From NCBI GenBank assembly GCA_964410905.1, contig CAYPIR010000004.1, positions 9,878 through 73,877 on the forward strand: a DNA stretch of 64,000 nucleotides, in the 5' to 3' direction. The translations under genes were made by a program, and so were the position numbers. Positions 38,102 to 51,700 of the stretch are shown here, in pieces. The DNA is from an uncultured bacterium (lineage in GTDB: Bacteria > Omnitrophota > Omnitrophia > Omnitrophales > Aquincolibacteriaceae). The notes under the pieces were generated by a model that saw nothing but the letters and a program-made list of their open reading frames with translations, was not told the DNA's origin and searched no databases. Position 1 is the first letter of the stretch. The number at the start of each line of letters is the position of its first letter.

Positions 38102-38554
38102 TTAAGCCGCTGCCGCGACTTTTTTCTTATTTTTTGTTTTCGCTTCATCTGAAACACGACCGCCCCAGATTTTATTTCCTTCACAAACAACTATTGTCAA
38201 ATGGGTTGTTCTTTTCAAGAGACGATCCGCGCGCCCCATTGAACGAGTCAAAAACCGTTTAAAAACCGGTCCGCCATCCGCTTTTGCTTCTGTAACATAA
38301 AGACGTTTTTCATCAAGTCCAAGATTTTTAGCATTAGCGATAGCACTCTTTAATGTTTTTAAAGCAAATCGCGCGCCCTTTTGTTTCAGAAGAGACAATA
38401 TACCAACCGAATCCATCGCCATTTTTTTACGAATTGTTCCAAGAACAACTCGCATTTTACGCGGTGCTATTCTTATATGCTTGGTAAGAGCCCTAACTCG
38501 TCTGTTCGACGGCGTATATTCTGTTTTTGCTTTCTTTTCTTCTTTTTTAGCCAT
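38102..38554 (-). CDS. rplV: 50S ribosomal protein L22 (with N-terminal extension)
   Basis: 150 aa canonical L22 core. Confidence 0.9.
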   Translation of the reverse strand: MAKKEEKKAKTEYTPSNRRVRALTKHIRIAPRKMRVVLGTIRKKMAMDSVGILSLLKQKGARFALKTLKSAIANAKNLGLDEKRLYVTEAKADGGPVFKRFLTRSMGRADRLLKRTTHLTIVVCEGNKIWGGRVSDEAKTKNKKKVAAAA

Positions 38555-38568
38555 ATTTGACTCTCAGA

Positions 38569-38868
38569 CTATGTCGTAGAACTTGCGGCGGCAGCCTTCG
38601 CTTTATCGCCAGAAGCACTGTGTTTTTTAAATGTTCTTGTTGGCGAAAATTCTCCAACTTTATGCCCAACCATATTCTCTGAAACAAAAACGCTATGAAA
38701 CGTTTTTCCGTTATGAACCGACAAAGTTACACCCACAAACTCCGGCGTAATTGTAGATCGGCGGGACCAAGTTTTAATCGGTCGACGATCTTTTTTTTGA
38801 TTTGCGACAACGACTTTACTTAAAAGTTTCTCGTCTACATAGACGCCTTTTTTTGAGGAACGACTCAT
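38569..38868 (-). CDS. rpsS: 30S ribosomal protein S19
   Basis: 99 aa canonical S19. Confidence 0.9.
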   Translation of the reverse strand: MSRSSKKGVYVDEKLLSKVVVANQKKDRRPIKTWSRRSTITPEFVGVTLSVHNGKTFHSVFVSENMVGHKVGEFSPTRTFKKHSASGDKAKAAAASSTT

Positions 38869-39692
38869 TTTCTTCTATCCTTCACAATGTATTTGTTTGA
38901 AGCTTTATATCGTTTGCGAGTTTTAAATCCCTTCGCGCCTACTCCTGTAGGGCTTTGCGGATGTTTTCCGCTCTTGGATTTACCTTCACCGCCGCCCAAC
39001 GGATGGTCAACAGGGTTACGAGCGATACCTCTTGAAACTGGACGCCGTCCAAGCCAACGCGCACGACCGGCTTTCCCAAGAACAACATTTTCATGGTCTA
39101 TATTGGAACATTGTCCAATTGTCGCATACGAATCGACGGGTACTTTTCTAACTTCGCCTGATGGCAATTTAATATGCGCCATATCATTTTCTTTAGCAAG
39201 AATCTGCGCCGCAACTCCTCCGGCGCGCGCTAATTTTCCACCTAAGCCCGGTCGAAGCTCCACATTATGTATCATTGCCCCTTCAGGAATTTTTGTTAGA
39301 GGAAGATGATTTCCAAGCTTCACTTCAACATCTGACCCGCTAACAACCTTGTCGCCAACCTTTAAACCGTCAGGAGAAAGAATATAGCTTTTTTCTCCTC
39401 CGACATACTCAACCAAAGCAATGCGCGCGCTGCGATTAGGATCATACTCCACAGTTAAAACGGTAGCCTCAACATCGACTCTATTTCGGCGAAAATCCAC
39501 CAAGCGAATTCTTCGTTTATGCCCCCCGCCGATTCTGCGAGAAGTTATATGCCCATGATTGTTTCTTCCGCCGCTTCCCTTTTTGACATATGTCAAAGAT
39601 TTATAAGGTCTATCAGTGGTAACCTCTGAAAAATCCGATACATTCCCGTATCTTCGAGTCGGCGTTGTAGGTTTAAATTTTATAAGTCCCAT
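38865..39692 (-). CDS. rplB: 50S ribosomal protein L2
   Basis: 275 aa canonical L2. Confidence 0.9.
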   Translation of the reverse strand: MGLIKFKPTTPTRRYGNVSDFSEVTTDRPYKSLTYVKKGSGGRNNHGHITSRRIGGGHKRRIRLVDFRRNRVDVEATVLTVEYDPNRSARIALVEYVGGEKSYILSPDGLKVGDKVVSGSDVEVKLGNHLPLTKIPEGAMIHNVELRPGLGGKLARAGGVAAQILAKENDMAHIKLPSGEVRKVPVDSYATIGQCSNIDHENVVLGKAGRARWLGRRPVSRGIARNPVDHPLGGGEGKSKSGKHPQSPTGVGAKGFKTRKRYKASNKYIVKDRRK

Positions 39693-39702
39693 ATCATTTC
39701 CT

Positions 39703-39990
39703 TTATTTCGTCAAATCGATTTTTTCGCCTTTTTTCAAAGTAACAATCGCTTTCTTCCAAGAGGCAGTCTGACCTTGAACATAGCGAACTCTGCGCCATT
39801 TCCCAGAAACATTTATTGTGTTAACTTTTTCCACATGCACAGAAAAAACTTTTTCAACCGCCGACTTAATTTCTTTTTTATTTGCCTTTGAGTGGACGCG
39901 AAAGCCATATTGATTAGCACTCTGAGAGGCTTTGGAAAATTTTTCCGTAATCAACGGCTCAACAATCACATCATACACATTAAGATTCAT
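39703..39990 (-). CDS. rplW: 50S ribosomal protein L23
   Basis: 95 aa canonical L23. Confidence 0.9.
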   Translation of the reverse strand: MNLNVYDVIVEPLITEKFSKASQSANQYGFRVHSKANKKEIKSAVEKVFSVHVEKVNTINVSGKWRRVRYVQGQTASWKKAIVTLKKGEKIDLTK

Positions 39991-40636
39991 GAGCCTTCTC
40001 CTTGTTTGAAACCGACAGCCTCTTGTCGATCGCTTCTACAGTTTTTTCATCAATAATAACCTTTTCGCGCTGCATTAAATCATACGCGCTAAATTCAGCC
40101 GCAGATCTAATCTCAATCCATGCTCTCAAATTACGCGCCACTCGTTTCAGCTCCGGAGTTACAGCGTTCACAATATAAACTACTTTTTTATTCAAAACAG
40201 GCAACGCTTTGGCTATTTCCGCAAATTCTTTTGTCTTTAAAGTTTTCAGCTCAAAAGACTCCAAAAGCATCAGATTTTTTTCTGCCGCGCGAACGCTTAA
40301 CATCACGCGTAACGCGTTGTTGCGAATGTCTTTAGAAAGACGAATGGTATAGTCCCGTTGATGCGGTCCAAAAGTTGTTCCGCCGCCAACCCAAATTGGA
40401 GAACGAATCGAACTATGTCTAGCGCGGCCTGTTCCCTTTTGCTTCCATGGTTTTTTCCCGCCGCCACGAACTTCTGCTCGCGTTTTTGTATCAACCGTCC
40501 CTTTCCGCAAGTTTCCAGAATACGCATTACGAACAAGTTCAAGCAGGCGCTCATTTTTACGAACCCCATAAACATCAGGATTCAAAACGACTTCTTGCTT
40601 CTTCTTCCCCTCTTTAGAGTAAAGAAGTACCTTCAT
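39980..40636 (-). CDS. rplD: 50S ribosomal protein L4
   Basis: 218 aa canonical L4. Confidence 0.9.
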   Translation of the reverse strand: MKVLLYSKEGKKKQEVVLNPDVYGVRKNERLLELVRNAYSGNLRKGTVDTKTRAEVRGGGKKPWKQKGTGRARHSSIRSPIWVGGGTTFGPHQRDYTIRLSKDIRNNALRVMLSVRAAEKNLMLLESFELKTLKTKEFAEIAKALPVLNKKVVYIVNAVTPELKRVARNLRAWIEIRSAAEFSAYDLMQREKVIIDEKTVEAIDKRLSVSNKEKAHES

Positions 40637-40669
40637 TTTTTTATACCTTTCTTTCTTATCTGTCTAGTT

Positions 40670-41416
40670 TTAGGAACCAGACTTGGAATCGTCTTGAGGT
40701 TTCTCGGTCGGAGAGGATTCCGCGGGAACTTCCTTTGAGGACTCCTGCTTAGCTTTCACTTTCCAAGAACTCTTTTTTCCACGTTTCAAAGAATCGCGAA
40801 TAACAAGATACCCGCCTTCAGCGCCTGGGACACTACCGCTCAACGCCAAAAGGTTATTCTCCGAATCCACTTTCACAACTTTTAAATTATGAACACAAAC
40901 ACTCTCATTGCCCATATGACCAGGAAGTCCCTTCCCTTTTCTCACTTTCTTACGACATCCTTTTCCTCCGGCAACAGAGCCAATGCCGCCTGGTACTCGT
41001 CCAAACATAGAGCCATGCCCTGCGACGCCGCCAGCATAGTTCAATCTCTTAACAACGCCTTGAAATCCTTTGCCAATCGAGGTCCCTTCGACATCCACAT
41101 ACTGTCCTACTTCAAAATTTTCCGCGCGAAGCTCACTACCCACTTCCAAATTTTTTAAATCTTCCGTTCTAATTTCATGGAGAACCTTAAGAAGAGGCGT
41201 GTTAGCTTTTTTGCAAATACCAACCTTTGCCTTTGTAATACGCTTTTCAATGGCCTGATCAAAACCTATTTGAACTCCCAAATACCCATTTTTTTCTTTC
41301 GTTCTAAGCGCTGTTACATAACAAGGCCCGACTTCAACAACTGTAACGGGAACCTGCCGCCCTTCAGCATCAAACAACTGCGACATTCCAATTTTTTTTC
41401 CAATTAATCCAACCAT
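40670..41416 (-). CDS. rplC: 50S ribosomal protein L3 (with acidic/Ser-rich C-terminal extension)
   Basis: 248 aa; canonical L3 core; tail ...KVKAKQESSKEVPAESSPTEKPQDDSKSGS. Confidence 0.9.
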   Translation of the reverse strand: MVGLIGKKIGMSQLFDAEGRQVPVTVVEVGPCYVTALRTKEKNGYLGVQIGFDQAIEKRITKAKVGICKKANTPLLKVLHEIRTEDLKNLEVGSELRAENFEVGQYVDVEGTSIGKGFQGVVKRLNYAGGVAGHGSMFGRVPGGIGSVAGGKGCRKKVRKGKGLPGHMGNESVCVHNLKVVKVDSENNLLALSGSVPGAEGGYLVIRDSLKRGKKSSWKVKAKQESSKEVPAESSPTEKPQDDSKSGS

Positions 41417-41427
41417 AACACTCTCTT

Positions 41428-41742
41428 TTAAAGTTTAATTTCGACATCAACACCCGCGGGCAAATCCAATTTCATCAATGCGTCCACGGTTCGCGAGGTC
41501 GGTTCTTCAAGTTCAATTAATCTTTTATGCGTTCTAATTTCAAACTGATCTCTAGCTTTTTTATTAATATGAGGACCACGCAAAACTGTTGTCTTCCAAA
41601 TATTAGTAGGAAGAGGTATTGGGCCGACAATCTTCGCGCCTGTTTTTCGCGCCGTTCCAACTATTTCTTGAACAGATTGATCTAAAACACGATGATCATA
41701 AGCTTTAAGTTTAATGCGAATTTTTTCTTTTACTTGTGCCAT
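41428..41742 (-). CDS. rpsJ: 30S ribosomal protein S10
   Basis: 104 aa canonical S10. Confidence 0.9.
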   Translation of the reverse strand: MAQVKEKIRIKLKAYDHRVLDQSVQEIVGTARKTGAKIVGPIPLPTNIWKTTVLRGPHINKKARDQFEIRTHKRLIELEEPTSRTVDALMKLDLPAGVDVEIKL

Positions 41743-41747
41743 TTTTT

Positions 41748-43829
41748 TTATCCTGCGATAATTTTATCGGCTATCATTTTAGGAACTTCTTGATATGAAT
41801 GCGGCTCCATTGTGTATGTTGCTCTACCTTGAGATAAAGATCGAACTGCAGTTGCGTAACCAAACATTTCAGACAAAGGGACAAGTCCTTTAATCGCCTT
41901 AAGATGCCCTCTATTGGTAAGTTCTTGTATCACGCATCTCCGAGAATTGAGGTCTCCAATAACATCTCCCATATATTCTTCGGGAACCAAAACTTCAACA
42001 AACATAATCGGCTCAAGAAGAACAGGCTTTGCTCTCTGAAACGCTTCTTTGAAAGCAAAAATACCCGCCATTTTAAAAGCGATTTCCGAAGAGTCAACGT
42101 CGTGATAACTTCCATCATAAACTATCGCTTTAATATCTGTTACTGGATAACCGGCAAGAACACCATTCGCGCAAGCATCTTCAACTCCCGCTTCAACAGC
42201 AGGGATATATTCTCTCGGAATTGATCCGCCGACAACTTTGTTTTCAAATTCATTTCCTTTGCCGCGTTCCAAAGGCTCAATTTTAAGAAAGCAATGTCCA
42301 TATTGTCCGCGCCCGCCCGTTTGCTTAATAAATTTTCCTTCAGCTTGAGCTGACGCCTGAATAGTTTCCTTGTAAGCTACTTGAGGTTTACCAACATTAA
42401 CCTGGACATTATACTCGCGCTTCATGATGTCCACTTTAATATCCAAATGGAGCTCTCCCATTCCACCGATCAAAGTTTGAACCGTTTCCTGATCTGTTTT
42501 TACTCGGAAAGTAGGATCTTCATTAACAAGCTTTGCAATAGCATCCGACATGCGATCGCGGTCAACTTTGGTTTTAGGCTCGACAGCCATCCAAATAACC
42601 GGATCAGGAACAAACATATCTTCAAGCTGAATTGGAGCGCTTTCCAAACATAAAGAATCGCCCGTTTTTACATCCTTAAGACCAACCGCGGCGACAATGT
42701 TTCCAGCGCCCGCTTCACTAATTTCTTCGCGTTTATTTGCATGCATTAGAAGGAGTCGGCCGAGGCGTTCTGTTTTTCCAGTCCGAACATTATAAATATA
42801 GGAACTGGAAGCAAGCGTTCCTGAATAGATACGAATAAATGTCAAAGAACCTACAAATTTATCACTCGCAATTTTAAACGCATAACATGTTAAAGGTTCG
42901 TTATCGTCTGCGTTGCGGATAATTTCATTTTCCGTCCCCGGCTCAAGCCCTTTAACCGGCGGAATATCTTTTGGTGAAGGTAAATAATCGACAACCGCAT
43001 CCAAAAGCTGTTGAATACCTTTGTTTTTAAGCGCCGAACCCACAACAACTGGCGACATTTTTAAAGCAATGGTTCCCTTGCGTATCGCCGCTTTAATTTC
43101 CGCAACAGTTGGCTCCTGACCTTCAATAAACTTATGCATCAAAGCATCATCATATTCCGACACTTTTTCAATCATAAATTCGCGCGCCTTTTTAGATTGC
43201 TCTAAATAATCCGCGGGAATATCTTCTGTCGTATATTCTTTACCTAAAGTATCATCATTAAAAATATAAGCTTTCATTTTAACCAGATCGATCATACCGC
43301 GAAACTTATCTTCACGCCCAAGAGGAACTTGTATCGGAACAGGATTCGCGCCAAGCTGATCGCGCATTTGCTGAACATTTCTTTCAAACTCCGCACCGGT
43401 TCTATCCATCTTATTAATAAACGCGACGCGAGGAACATCGTAACGGTCCGCTTGACGCCAAACGGTTTCGGACTGCGGCTCAACTCCTTCTACAGCGCCA
43501 AAAACCGCAACGCAGCCGTCTAGAACGCGTAAAGAACGCTCTACTTCAATCGTAAAATCAACGTGTCCAGGTGTGTCGATTAAATTAATACGGCAATCTT
43601 TCCAAAAGCATGTGGTAGCCGCGGAAGTAATAGTGATACCGCGTTCCTGCTCTTGTTCCATCCAGTCCATAACCGCGGCGCCTTCATGGACTTCGCCGAT
43701 CTTATGCGTTCGTCCGGTGTAATAAAGAATGCGTTCAGACGTTGTCGTCTTCCCCGCATCAATATGGGCCGCTATACCGATGTTACGAATTTTTTCTAAC
43801 GGATAATGTATTTTCTTTTCTTCATCCAT
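41748..43829 (-). CDS. fusA: Elongation factor G
   Basis: 693 aa; GTP-binding G1-G4 motifs ([18 protein letters not shown]) plus domains II-V. Confidence 0.9.
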   Translation of the reverse strand: MDEEKKIHYPLEKIRNIGIAAHIDAGKTTTSERILYYTGRTHKIGEVHEGAAVMDWMEQEQERGITITSAATTCFWKDCRINLIDTPGHVDFTIEVERSLRVLDGCVAVFGAVEGVEPQSETVWRQADRYDVPRVAFINKMDRTGAEFERNVQQMRDQLGANPVPIQVPLGREDKFRGMIDLVKMKAYIFNDDTLGKEYTTEDIPADYLEQSKKAREFMIEKVSEYDDALMHKFIEGQEPTVAEIKAAIRKGTIALKMSPVVVGSALKNKGIQQLLDAVVDYLPSPKDIPPVKGLEPGTENEIIRNADDNEPLTCYAFKIASDKFVGSLTFIRIYSGTLASSSYIYNVRTGKTERLGRLLLMHANKREEISEAGAGNIVAAVGLKDVKTGDSLCLESAPIQLEDMFVPDPVIWMAVEPKTKVDRDRMSDAIAKLVNEDPTFRVKTDQETVQTLIGGMGELHLDIKVDIMKREYNVQVNVGKPQVAYKETIQASAQAEGKFIKQTGGRGQYGHCFLKIEPLERGKGNEFENKVVGGSIPREYIPAVEAGVEDACANGVLAGYPVTDIKAIVYDGSYHDVDSSEIAFKMAGIFAFKEAFQRAKPVLLEPIMFVEVLVPEEYMGDVIGDLNSRRCVIQELTNRGHLKAIKGLVPLSEMFGYATAVRSLSQGRATYTMEPHSYQEVPKMIADKIIAG

Positions 43830-43843
43830 TTTATTTTTACCGT

Positions 43844-44311
43844 TTACCAGCGATAATGAGCAAAAGCTCGATTAGCTTCCGCCATTTTATGCATATCTTC
43901 GCGCTTCTTTATTGAAGAACCCGTTTTGTTAAACGCGTCTATTACTTCTTGCGCAAGTTTCTCGTTCATGGGTTTGCCTTTTCTTTCACGAGAGAAACTT
44001 CGAATCCAACGAAGGGCTAAAGAATAACCGCGATCTTCAGGAACGCTTACGGGGACTTGATAGGTTGCTCCACCAACTCGCCGAGACTTGGTCTCCAAAA
44101 GAGGACGCGTATTATCTAATGCCGCACGAAAAATTTCAAGCGGTTCTTTTGAAGTTTTTTCTTTAATAATATCCAATGCATCATAAACAATTTTTTCAGC
44201 AACAGATTTTTTGCCGCACTCCATTACTACATTAATCAGCTTTGCGACAAGCAAATCACCATATCGTTGATCAGGATTTATCTGACGTTTTTGTGCGCGT
44301 CTTCTTCTCAT
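43844..44311 (-). CDS. rpsG: 30S ribosomal protein S7
   Basis: 155 aa canonical S7. Confidence 0.9.
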   Translation of the reverse strand: MRRRRAQKRQINPDQRYGDLLVAKLINVVMECGKKSVAEKIVYDALDIIKEKTSKEPLEIFRAALDNTRPLLETKSRRVGGATYQVPVSVPEDRGYSLALRWIRSFSRERKGKPMNEKLAQEVIDAFNKTGSSIKKREDMHKMAEANRAFAHYRW

Positions 44312-44697
44312 TTCTTTGCTTCCTTTTTCGGAGTTTTTGCGCCATATTTGGAACGCGATTTTGTTCGATCGGCAACCCCTGCAGCATCAAGTTTTCCACG
44401 AACAATGTGATAGCGAACACCAGGAAGATCTTTAACGCGGCCACCACGAACAAGAACTATAGAGTGTTCTTGAAGGTTATGCCCAACGCCGGGTATATAT
44501 GCTGTAACTTCTTCGCCATTTGTTAAACGAACACGTGCTATTTTACGAAGTGCCGAGTTTGGTTTTTTCGGCGTTTGCGTTCTAACAATCAAACAAACAC
44601 CTTTACGAAAAGGAGAATTATTCAAAGCCGGCGACTTCGATTTCTCTTTAAATTTTCTTCTTCCAAAACGTATCAACTGATTTATGGTCGGCGCCAT
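44308..44697 (-). CDS. rpsL: 30S ribosomal protein S12
   Basis: 129 aa; [14 protein letters not shown]...[10 protein letters not shown] canonical S12. The ATG shares a base with the rpoC TAA stop (TAATG). Confidence 0.9.
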   Translation of the reverse strand: MAPTINQLIRFGRRKFKEKSKSPALNNSPFRKGVCLIVRTQTPKKPNSALRKIARVRLTNGEEVTAYIPGVGHNLQEHSIVLVRGGRVKDLPGVRYHIVRGKLDAAGVADRTKSRSKYGAKTPKKEAKK

Positions 44698-47600
44698 TAT
44701 GCTTTCTCCTTCGATGTTTCCGATGTCTCCGCGGATGTGTCATCTTTATCGCCGACAATATCCGGCAACACACCTGTAAGATCTTTTTCTATATCAATAT
44801 TGTGATGGGCCTTAAAACCTGTTCCGGCAGGTATCAAATGTCCCATAATTACATTTTCTTTTAGACCTTGTAAATAATCTCTTTTGCCCGCGGAAGACGC
44901 TTCGGTCAAAACACGGGTTGTCTCCTGAAAGCTTGCGGCAGAAATAAAACTGTCTGTTGTCAAAGACGCCTTTGTAATTCCAAGAAGGATCGGCGTCCCC
45001 TTCGCTGGCTCTTTGCCTTTTTTAATCATCTTTGCATTTTCTTCCGCAAATTTTAATTTCTCAACATGTGAACCAACAAGAAATTCCGTGTCTCCCGAAT
45101 CTTCGATCTTAACCTTACGCAGCATTTGCCGAACTATAGTTTCAATATGCTTATCGTTCAAACGGACACCTTGCAAGCGATAAACATCTTGCACTTCTTT
45201 AACAAGATATTCTTGCAAATCTCTTTCGCCTGAAACTCTCAATTTATCTTGCAATACGACAGGGCCATCTACTAGCTGATCTCCCGCTTTGACCTTATCG
45301 CCTCTGTAAACATTCAAATGTTTTCCATGCGAGATTTCGTATTCAGCTGCCATCCCAGACGCGCTCTTAACAATAATCTTTCTCTTTCCTTTGGCGATCT
45401 CTCCGATTTCAACAACGCCGTCAATTTCAGAAATAACCGTAGGGTTCTTAGGTTTACGAGCTTCAAAAAGTTCCGCGACGCGCGGCAAACCGCCTGTAAT
45501 ATCGCGAGTTTTTGCCGTTTTGCGCGGTGTCTTCGCAAGCAAAGTTCCACCCGTTATTTCTTGACCATCTTTCACAATTATATGCGCCCCTATTGGAATA
45601 GGATAGAAAGCAAGAGTTTCACCTTTTTCGCCCAAAAGAAGAACTTGAGGATGCATATCTTCCTTATGTTCGATAATGACGCGCTCGGTCATCCCCGTAG
45701 TCGAGTCAACTTCTTCGTTCATGGTCACGCCGTCTTCAACATCTTCATAGCGGACCTTGCCCGCGACTTCAGTTAAAATAGGAACAGTATATGGATCCCA
45801 CTTTACAAAGATTTCGCCTTTTTTAACAACATCGCCATCTTTGTAATAAATAATCGCGCCTGTTGGAATTGTATAACGTTCAAGTTCGCGGCCTGTCGTA
45901 TCGTGTATTGATAACTGCCCGTTACGATTAAGAACCACGATTTCGCCGGACTTAGTAACGACAGTTTTCAAACTATGATATTGCAGCGCTCCTTCGCTGC
46001 GCGTCCTGTAGTATGATTGCTCAATGACACGCGACGCTGTTCCGCCGATGTGGAATGTTCTCATCGTCAACTGCGTTCCAGGTTCACCAATTGACTGCGC
46101 GGCAATAATTCCAACCGCCGTCCCTTGCTCGACAAGTCGTCTTGTGGCAAGGTCTCGGCCATAGCATTTCGCGCAAACGCCTTTTTTTGATTCGCAGCAA
46201 AGAACCGAACGAACACGAATTTTTTCTATCCCCGCCTCTTCTATCTTCTTGACAGTTACTTCATCAATCAAATCTCCAGATTTAACGATAGTTTGGTCGG
46301 TAATAATATCAACAACATTGTTCAAAGCAACGCGCCCTAAAATTCTATCTGAAAGAGGAACTATGACTTCTTCTCCTTCATACACCGGTTCCATTACAAC
46401 GCCGTTCAAAGTTCCGCAATCTTCTTCATTAATAATCACATCTTGAGCGACGTCGACAAGACGGCGAGTCAGATAACCAGAGTCTGCTGTTTTTAAAGCT
46501 GTATCCGCCAATCCTTTACGCGCTCCGTGCGTAGAAATAAAATATTCAAGAACTGTCAAGCCTTCGCGGAAATTGGCGGTGATAGGATTCTCGATAATTT
46601 CGCCCGATGGTTTCGCCATTAAACCGCGCATACCTGCCAACTGACGAATCTGCTGCTTAGAACCGCGCGCACCAGAATCCGCCATCATAAAAATAGAGTT
46701 AAAAGAATCAAGAGCCTCGAACATAATGTCGGAAACTCTGTCTGTTGTGTGCGTCCAAATGTCTATTACTTTGTTATATCGTTCACCGTCCGTAATTACG
46801 CCTTGCTTGTATTGATTTTCTATCGATTTAACCTCTTTACGAGCTTCTGCCAAAATGGTTTCTTTTGCCGCTGGAATTTGTATATCATCAATTCCGATAG
46901 ACAAACCAGCCGCCGTTGCTTCCGCAAATCCAAGCGCTTTCAGCCGATCAAGAAGTCCCACGACTTCAGCGTGCCCAAAAGAGTTGTAACATTCAGCGAT
47001 AATTTTAGAAAGGCGACCCTTATTGACTATATCGTTGACATATCTAAATCCCTTCGGCAGAACTTCGTTAAAAAGGATGCGTCCCATAGTCGTGTCAACA
47101 ACGGAACCGTTCGCCAAGCGGACCTTACACTTCGCGTGTTTATGAATTTGTTTATCCTGAAAAGCCAAAATTGCTTCTTGAAAATCACTAAAAAACAATC
47201 CTTCTCCAAAATCTTTCTCGCGCATCTTGGTCAAATAATAAATACCAAGAACAATGTCTTGCGTTGGAGTCATAATAGGCTGACCGCTTGCCGGCGAAAA
47301 AATATTGTTGGCGGAAAGCATCAAAATACGCGCTTCCATTACGGCTTCCATAGAAAGAGGAACGTGCACTGCCATTTGGTCGCCGTCAAAGTCCGCATTA
47401 AAAGCCGTACAAACAAGCGGATGTATTCTAATTGCATGCCCTTCAATAAGTTTTGGCTCAAAAGCTTGTATACCAAGTCTGTGAAGAGTTGGCGCACGGT
47501 TCAGCATAACAGGGTGCTCTTTAATAACTTCTTCTAAAATATCCCAAACTTCCGGCTTAACACGCTCAACCATCTTTTTAGCTGAACGAATTGTGTGAAC

Positions 47601-48746
47601 ATGCCCGCGTTCTTTTAGTTTACGAATAATGAAAGGCTCAAAAAGCTCTAAAGCCATTTTCTTAGGGAGACCGCATTGATGAAGCTGAAGTTCTGGACCA
47701 ATAACAATTACTGAACGGCCGGAATAGTCAACACGTTTTCCGAGTAAGTTCTGACGAAAACGTCCTTGTTTGCCTTTGAGCATATCGCTCAAAGATTTCA
47801 GGGGACGATTTCCAGAGCCAAGAACAGCGCGCCCATGCCTACCATTGTCAAAAAGCGCGTCAACCGCTTCTTGAAGCATTCTTTTTTCGTTGCGAATAAT
47901 CACATCGGGAGCTTTTAAATCTAAAAGTTTACGAAGCCGATTATTACGGTTAATCACGCGGCGATAAAGGTCATTCAAATCACTCGTGGCAAATCGTCCG
48001 CCGTCAAGGGCGACCAAAGGCCGCAAATCGGGCGGAATAACCGGAATAGTCCTTAAAATCATCCATTCAGGACGATTTCCAGATTTATAAAAAGCTTCAA
48101 CTATCTTTAAAATTTTAACCGCTCTAGCGCGCGCCTGTTTGGACTTCGCCGCTTTTAAAGCGCGATGCCATTTTTCTGTCATCTTTTTTAAGTCTAATTC
48201 CGTCAAAAGCGTTTGAATCGCCTCCGCGCCCATTTGCGCGATAAAATTTTCCGGGCCGTATTGTTCTTGAGCTTTCAAAAACTCTTCTTCCGTCAAAAGT
48301 TGGCGGGGCTTAAGAGGTGTTTGTTTAGGATCAAGAACAATGTATTCCTCGTAATATAAAACTTTTTCAAGAGCGCGAACGCTTAGATCAAGCAAGTTCC
48401 CGATTCGCGAAGGCATCGTTTTAAAAAACCAAATATGCGAAACCGGCGTTACGAGATCAATGTGTCCCATTCGTTCTCGGCGAACACGAGACTGTGTAAC
48501 TTCTACTCCGCAGCGATCACAAACCACGCCTTTGTGCTTAATGCGTTTATATTTACCGCACGCGCATTCATAATCTTTGCTTGGACCAAAAATCTTTTCG
48601 CAAAAAAGCCCATCTTTTTCCGGCTTTAATGTTCTATAGTTAATCGTCTCTGGTTTCTTAACTTCGCCGCGCGACCATTTTCTAATCGACTCTGGAGATG
48701 CGATGCGAATTGAAACGGAATCAAAAGTATTCACGCTATAGTTCAT
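44697..48746 (-). CDS. rpoC: DNA-directed RNA polymerase subunit beta'
   Basis: 1349 aa; zinc finger CxxC..CxxC at the N-terminus and the NADFDGD catalytic motif. Confidence 0.95.
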   Translation of the reverse strand: MNYSVNTFDSVSIRIASPESIRKWSRGEVKKPETINYRTLKPEKDGLFCEKIFGPSKDYECACGKYKRIKHKGVVCDRCGVEVTQSRVRRERMGHIDLVTPVSHIWFFKTMPSRIGNLLDLSVRALEKVLYYEEYIVLDPKQTPLKPRQLLTEEEFLKAQEQYGPENFIAQMGAEAIQTLLTELDLKKMTEKWHRALKAAKSKQARARAVKILKIVEAFYKSGNRPEWMILRTIPVIPPDLRPLVALDGGRFATSDLNDLYRRVINRNNRLRKLLDLKAPDVIIRNEKRMLQEAVDALFDNGRHGRAVLGSGNRPLKSLSDMLKGKQGRFRQNLLGKRVDYSGRSVIVIGPELQLHQCGLPKKMALELFEPFIIRKLKERGHVHTIRSAKKMVERVKPEVWDILEEVIKEHPVMLNRAPTLHRLGIQAFEPKLIEGHAIRIHPLVCTAFNADFDGDQMAVHVPLSMEAVMEARILMLSANNIFSPASGQPIMTPTQDIVLGIYYLTKMREKDFGEGLFFSDFQEAILAFQDKQIHKHAKCKVRLANGSVVDTTMGRILFNEVLPKGFRYVNDIVNKGRLSKIIAECYNSFGHAEVVGLLDRLKALGFAEATAAGLSIGIDDIQIPAAKETILAEARKEVKSIENQYKQGVITDGERYNKVIDIWTHTTDRVSDIMFEALDSFNSIFMMADSGARGSKQQIRQLAGMRGLMAKPSGEIIENPITANFREGLTVLEYFISTHGARKGLADTALKTADSGYLTRRLVDVAQDVIINEEDCGTLNGVVMEPVYEGEEVIVPLSDRILGRVALNNVVDIITDQTIVKSGDLIDEVTVKKIEEAGIEKIRVRSVLCCESKKGVCAKCYGRDLATRRLVEQGTAVGIIAAQSIGEPGTQLTMRTFHIGGTASRVIEQSYYRTRSEGALQYHSLKTVVTKSGEIVVLNRNGQLSIHDTTGRELERYTIPTGAIIYYKDGDVVKKGEIFVKWDPYTVPILTEVAGKVRYEDVEDGVTMNEEVDSTTGMTERVIIEHKEDMHPQVLLLGEKGETLAFYPIPIGAHIIVKDGQEITGGTLLAKTPRKTAKTRDITGGLPRVAELFEARKPKNPTVISEIDGVVEIGEIAKGKRKIIVKSASGMAAEYEISHGKHLNVYRGDKVKAGDQLVDGPVVLQDKLRVSGERDLQEYLVKEVQDVYRLQGVRLNDKHIETIVRQMLRKVKIEDSGDTEFLVGSHVEKLKFAEENAKMIKKGKEPAKGTPILLGITKASLTTDSFISAASFQETTRVLTEASSAGKRDYLQGLKENVIMGHLIPAGTGFKAHHNIDIEKDLTGVLPDIVGDKDDTSAETSETSKEKA

Positions 48747-51700
48747 ACTTTGAATGTCTCCCTTGCTTCCTTCTGCTTATCTTCCGCAGATTTTTCATTG
48801 TTATTACCAAAAGCCGCTTTCGCGCTTCCGGAACGCTCCGGATCAATATCTAAACCTAATGCTTGCAATTCTTTTACAAGAACATTAAACGATTCCGGGG
48901 TCCCCGCGTGCAAAGCCGGTTCGCCTTTTACAATAGCCTCATACACACGAGTTCTTCCGACAACATCATCCGACTTTACAGTCAAAAGTTCTTGCAAAGT
49001 AAACGCTGCGCCATACGCCTCAAGCGCCCAAACTTCCATTTCGCCAAAACGCTGTCCGCCAAATTGCGCTTTTCCGCCAAGCGGCTGCTGAGTTACAAGC
49101 GAATAAGGACCTATCGAACGAGCATGAATTTTATCATCCGCCAAGTGATGCAGCTTCAACATATAAATATGTCCGACAGTCGTCTTTTCTTGAAACCTTT
49201 CGCCCGTGCGTCCATCGTAAAGATGCGTTTTACCATCAGGCGAAATCTTCGCTTCTTCCATAACTTTTCTAATTTCTTTTTCGGTGGCGCCGCTAAAAAC
49301 CGGCGTCTCAACATCGAAGCCCAATTTTCTTGCTGCCCAGCCAAGATGCGTTTCAAGAATTTGTCCAACATTCAGACGGGAAGGAACGCCGAGAGGATTT
49401 AAAATAATCTCCACGGGCGTGCCGTCTTCGAGAAACGGCATATCTTCTTCCGGCAGCACTTTAGCAACAACACCTTTATTGCCATGACGTCCCGCCATTT
49501 TGTCTCCAACGGAAATCTTCCGTTTGGAGCAAACATAAACCACCACTTTTTTAATGACGCCGGGAGGCAATTCATCTCCCTTTTTAACTCTGTCCATCTC
49601 ACGAGTTCTTTCGGCAACCAATTCATCAATTTCATCGCCCCAAACACGCGCGATTTTTTTGATGCTTTCTTCAACGTCCGGGTCATCATCCAAACGAAGA
49701 GAATCCCAATCACAATCTTCCAGTTTTTTGAGATCATTCTTAGAAATCACATGTCCGCTCTTTATGAGAATTTCGCCTAATTTATCATCAAGCAAATCCT
49801 CTGAGAGTTTCTTTCCCACAACCAAATCGGCGACTTTGTTTAAACGCTCTTTTTTAAGCAAATCAATACGGTCGTTATAGCGTTCTTTAATTTCGGTGAT
49901 TTCTTTATTTTCTTGCTTCTTCTCTTCTTTAGTTTTAGCGGCTGATTCTTTGCGCGCAAAAGATTTAACATCAACAACGACGCCTTCTACTCCGGGCGGA
50001 ACAGTTAACGATGCGTCTCGGACATCTCCCGCTTTTTCACCAAAAATCGCTCTTAAAAGTTTTTCTTCCGGAGAAAGTTCTATTTCGGATTTGGGAGTAA
50101 TTTTCCCGACAAGAATATCACCGGGCTTTACTTCCGCGCCAATGCGAATCACGCCTTCTTCATCAAGATTTTTTAACGTTTCTTCGCTAACATTGGGGAT
50201 ATCGCGAGTAATCTCTTCGTTCCCAAGCTTAGTATCACGAGCCTCAATGTCAAACTCTTCAATATGCAGCGATGTGTAGACATCTTCTTTACAAAGTTTC
50301 TCGCTAACAATAATAGCGTCTTCAAAGTTATATCCGCGCCATGGCATAAACGCGACGACCACATTTCGTCCAAGCGCAAGGTCTCCGCCATGAGTCGCTG
50401 CTCCGTCGGCAATAACATCCCCGCGTTTCACTTTATCGCCCACTTCCACAAGCGGCCGTTGATTGATACATGTTCCAGCGTTGGAGCGTTTAAATTTACG
50501 AAGCTTGTAAGAAAAATCATCTATCAAAATTTCTTCGGCAGAAACAGCTTTTACAGTTCCTCGGGATTTAGCGATTACGACAGCGCCTGAATCTTTTGCA
50601 ACATGCTTTTCCATTCCAGTACCAACGATAGGAGCTTCTGGGTTAAGCAAAGGAACGGCCTGGCGTTGCATGTTAGATCCCATCAACGCACGGTTTGCGT
50701 CATCATGCTCCAAAAAAGGTATCAACGCGGCAGCTACTGATACAAGCTGTCTCGGAGAAACATCCATGTAATCTATCTCTTCTGGTCTTTTTGTAGGAAA
50801 ATCTCCGCGAAATCTGCAAGAAATGGCTTCAGAAACAAAGCGTCCGTTTTTATCCAATTCCGCGTTCGCCTGAGCAACAACATATTTGTCCTCTTCATCC
50901 GCCGTCAAATAATCAATCTGCTCAGTAACTCGTCCTTTTACAACCTTGCGATAAGGACTTTCAAGAAACCCGCGTTCATTTACTCTGGCAAATGTGCTAA
51001 GCGAAGCGATAAGTCCAATGTTTGGACCTTCCGGCGTTTCAATAGGGCAAACTCTTCCGTAATGAGAAGAATGAACGTCTCTTACCTCAAAACCCGCGCG
51101 TTCGCGAGAAAGGCCGCCAGGTCCTAGAGCCGAAAGACGACGCTTATGCGTCAATTCCGCCAAAGGATTGGTTTGGTCCATAAATTGAGAAAGCTGGCTG
51201 CGTCCGAAGAAATCTTTAATTACCGCTGATATTAATTTAGGATTAATTAAATTATGAGGCATCGCGGCTTCTAAATCATAAATGGACATGCGCTCAACGC
51301 AAGAGCGTTTCATTCGCGAAAGCCCTACATGAAATTGATTTTGAAGCAGTTCACCAACTGAACGGACGCGGCGATTTCCCAAATGATCAATATCATCTAT
51401 CTTAACTTCGCCCGCGCGAAGCTTCAAAAGTCTTCCGATGACATCAACTACGTCTCCGGGCTTTAAAGTGGTACTAGAAATATCCGATCCGGTTGTTCCC
51501 TTTCCAAGTTTTTTGTTGAGCATATAACGCCCAACGCGTCCCAAATCGTATCGTTGTGGATCAAAAAAAAGTTTGTGAATAAGGTCTTTAGAGCTCGCCT
51601 CAGTCGGAGGATCTCCGGGTCTAACCTTTCGATAAATGGCAATTTGCGCTTCTCTTGTATCTCTATATGGGTCTTTGGCAAGAGTGGTTACGAGAGCCTT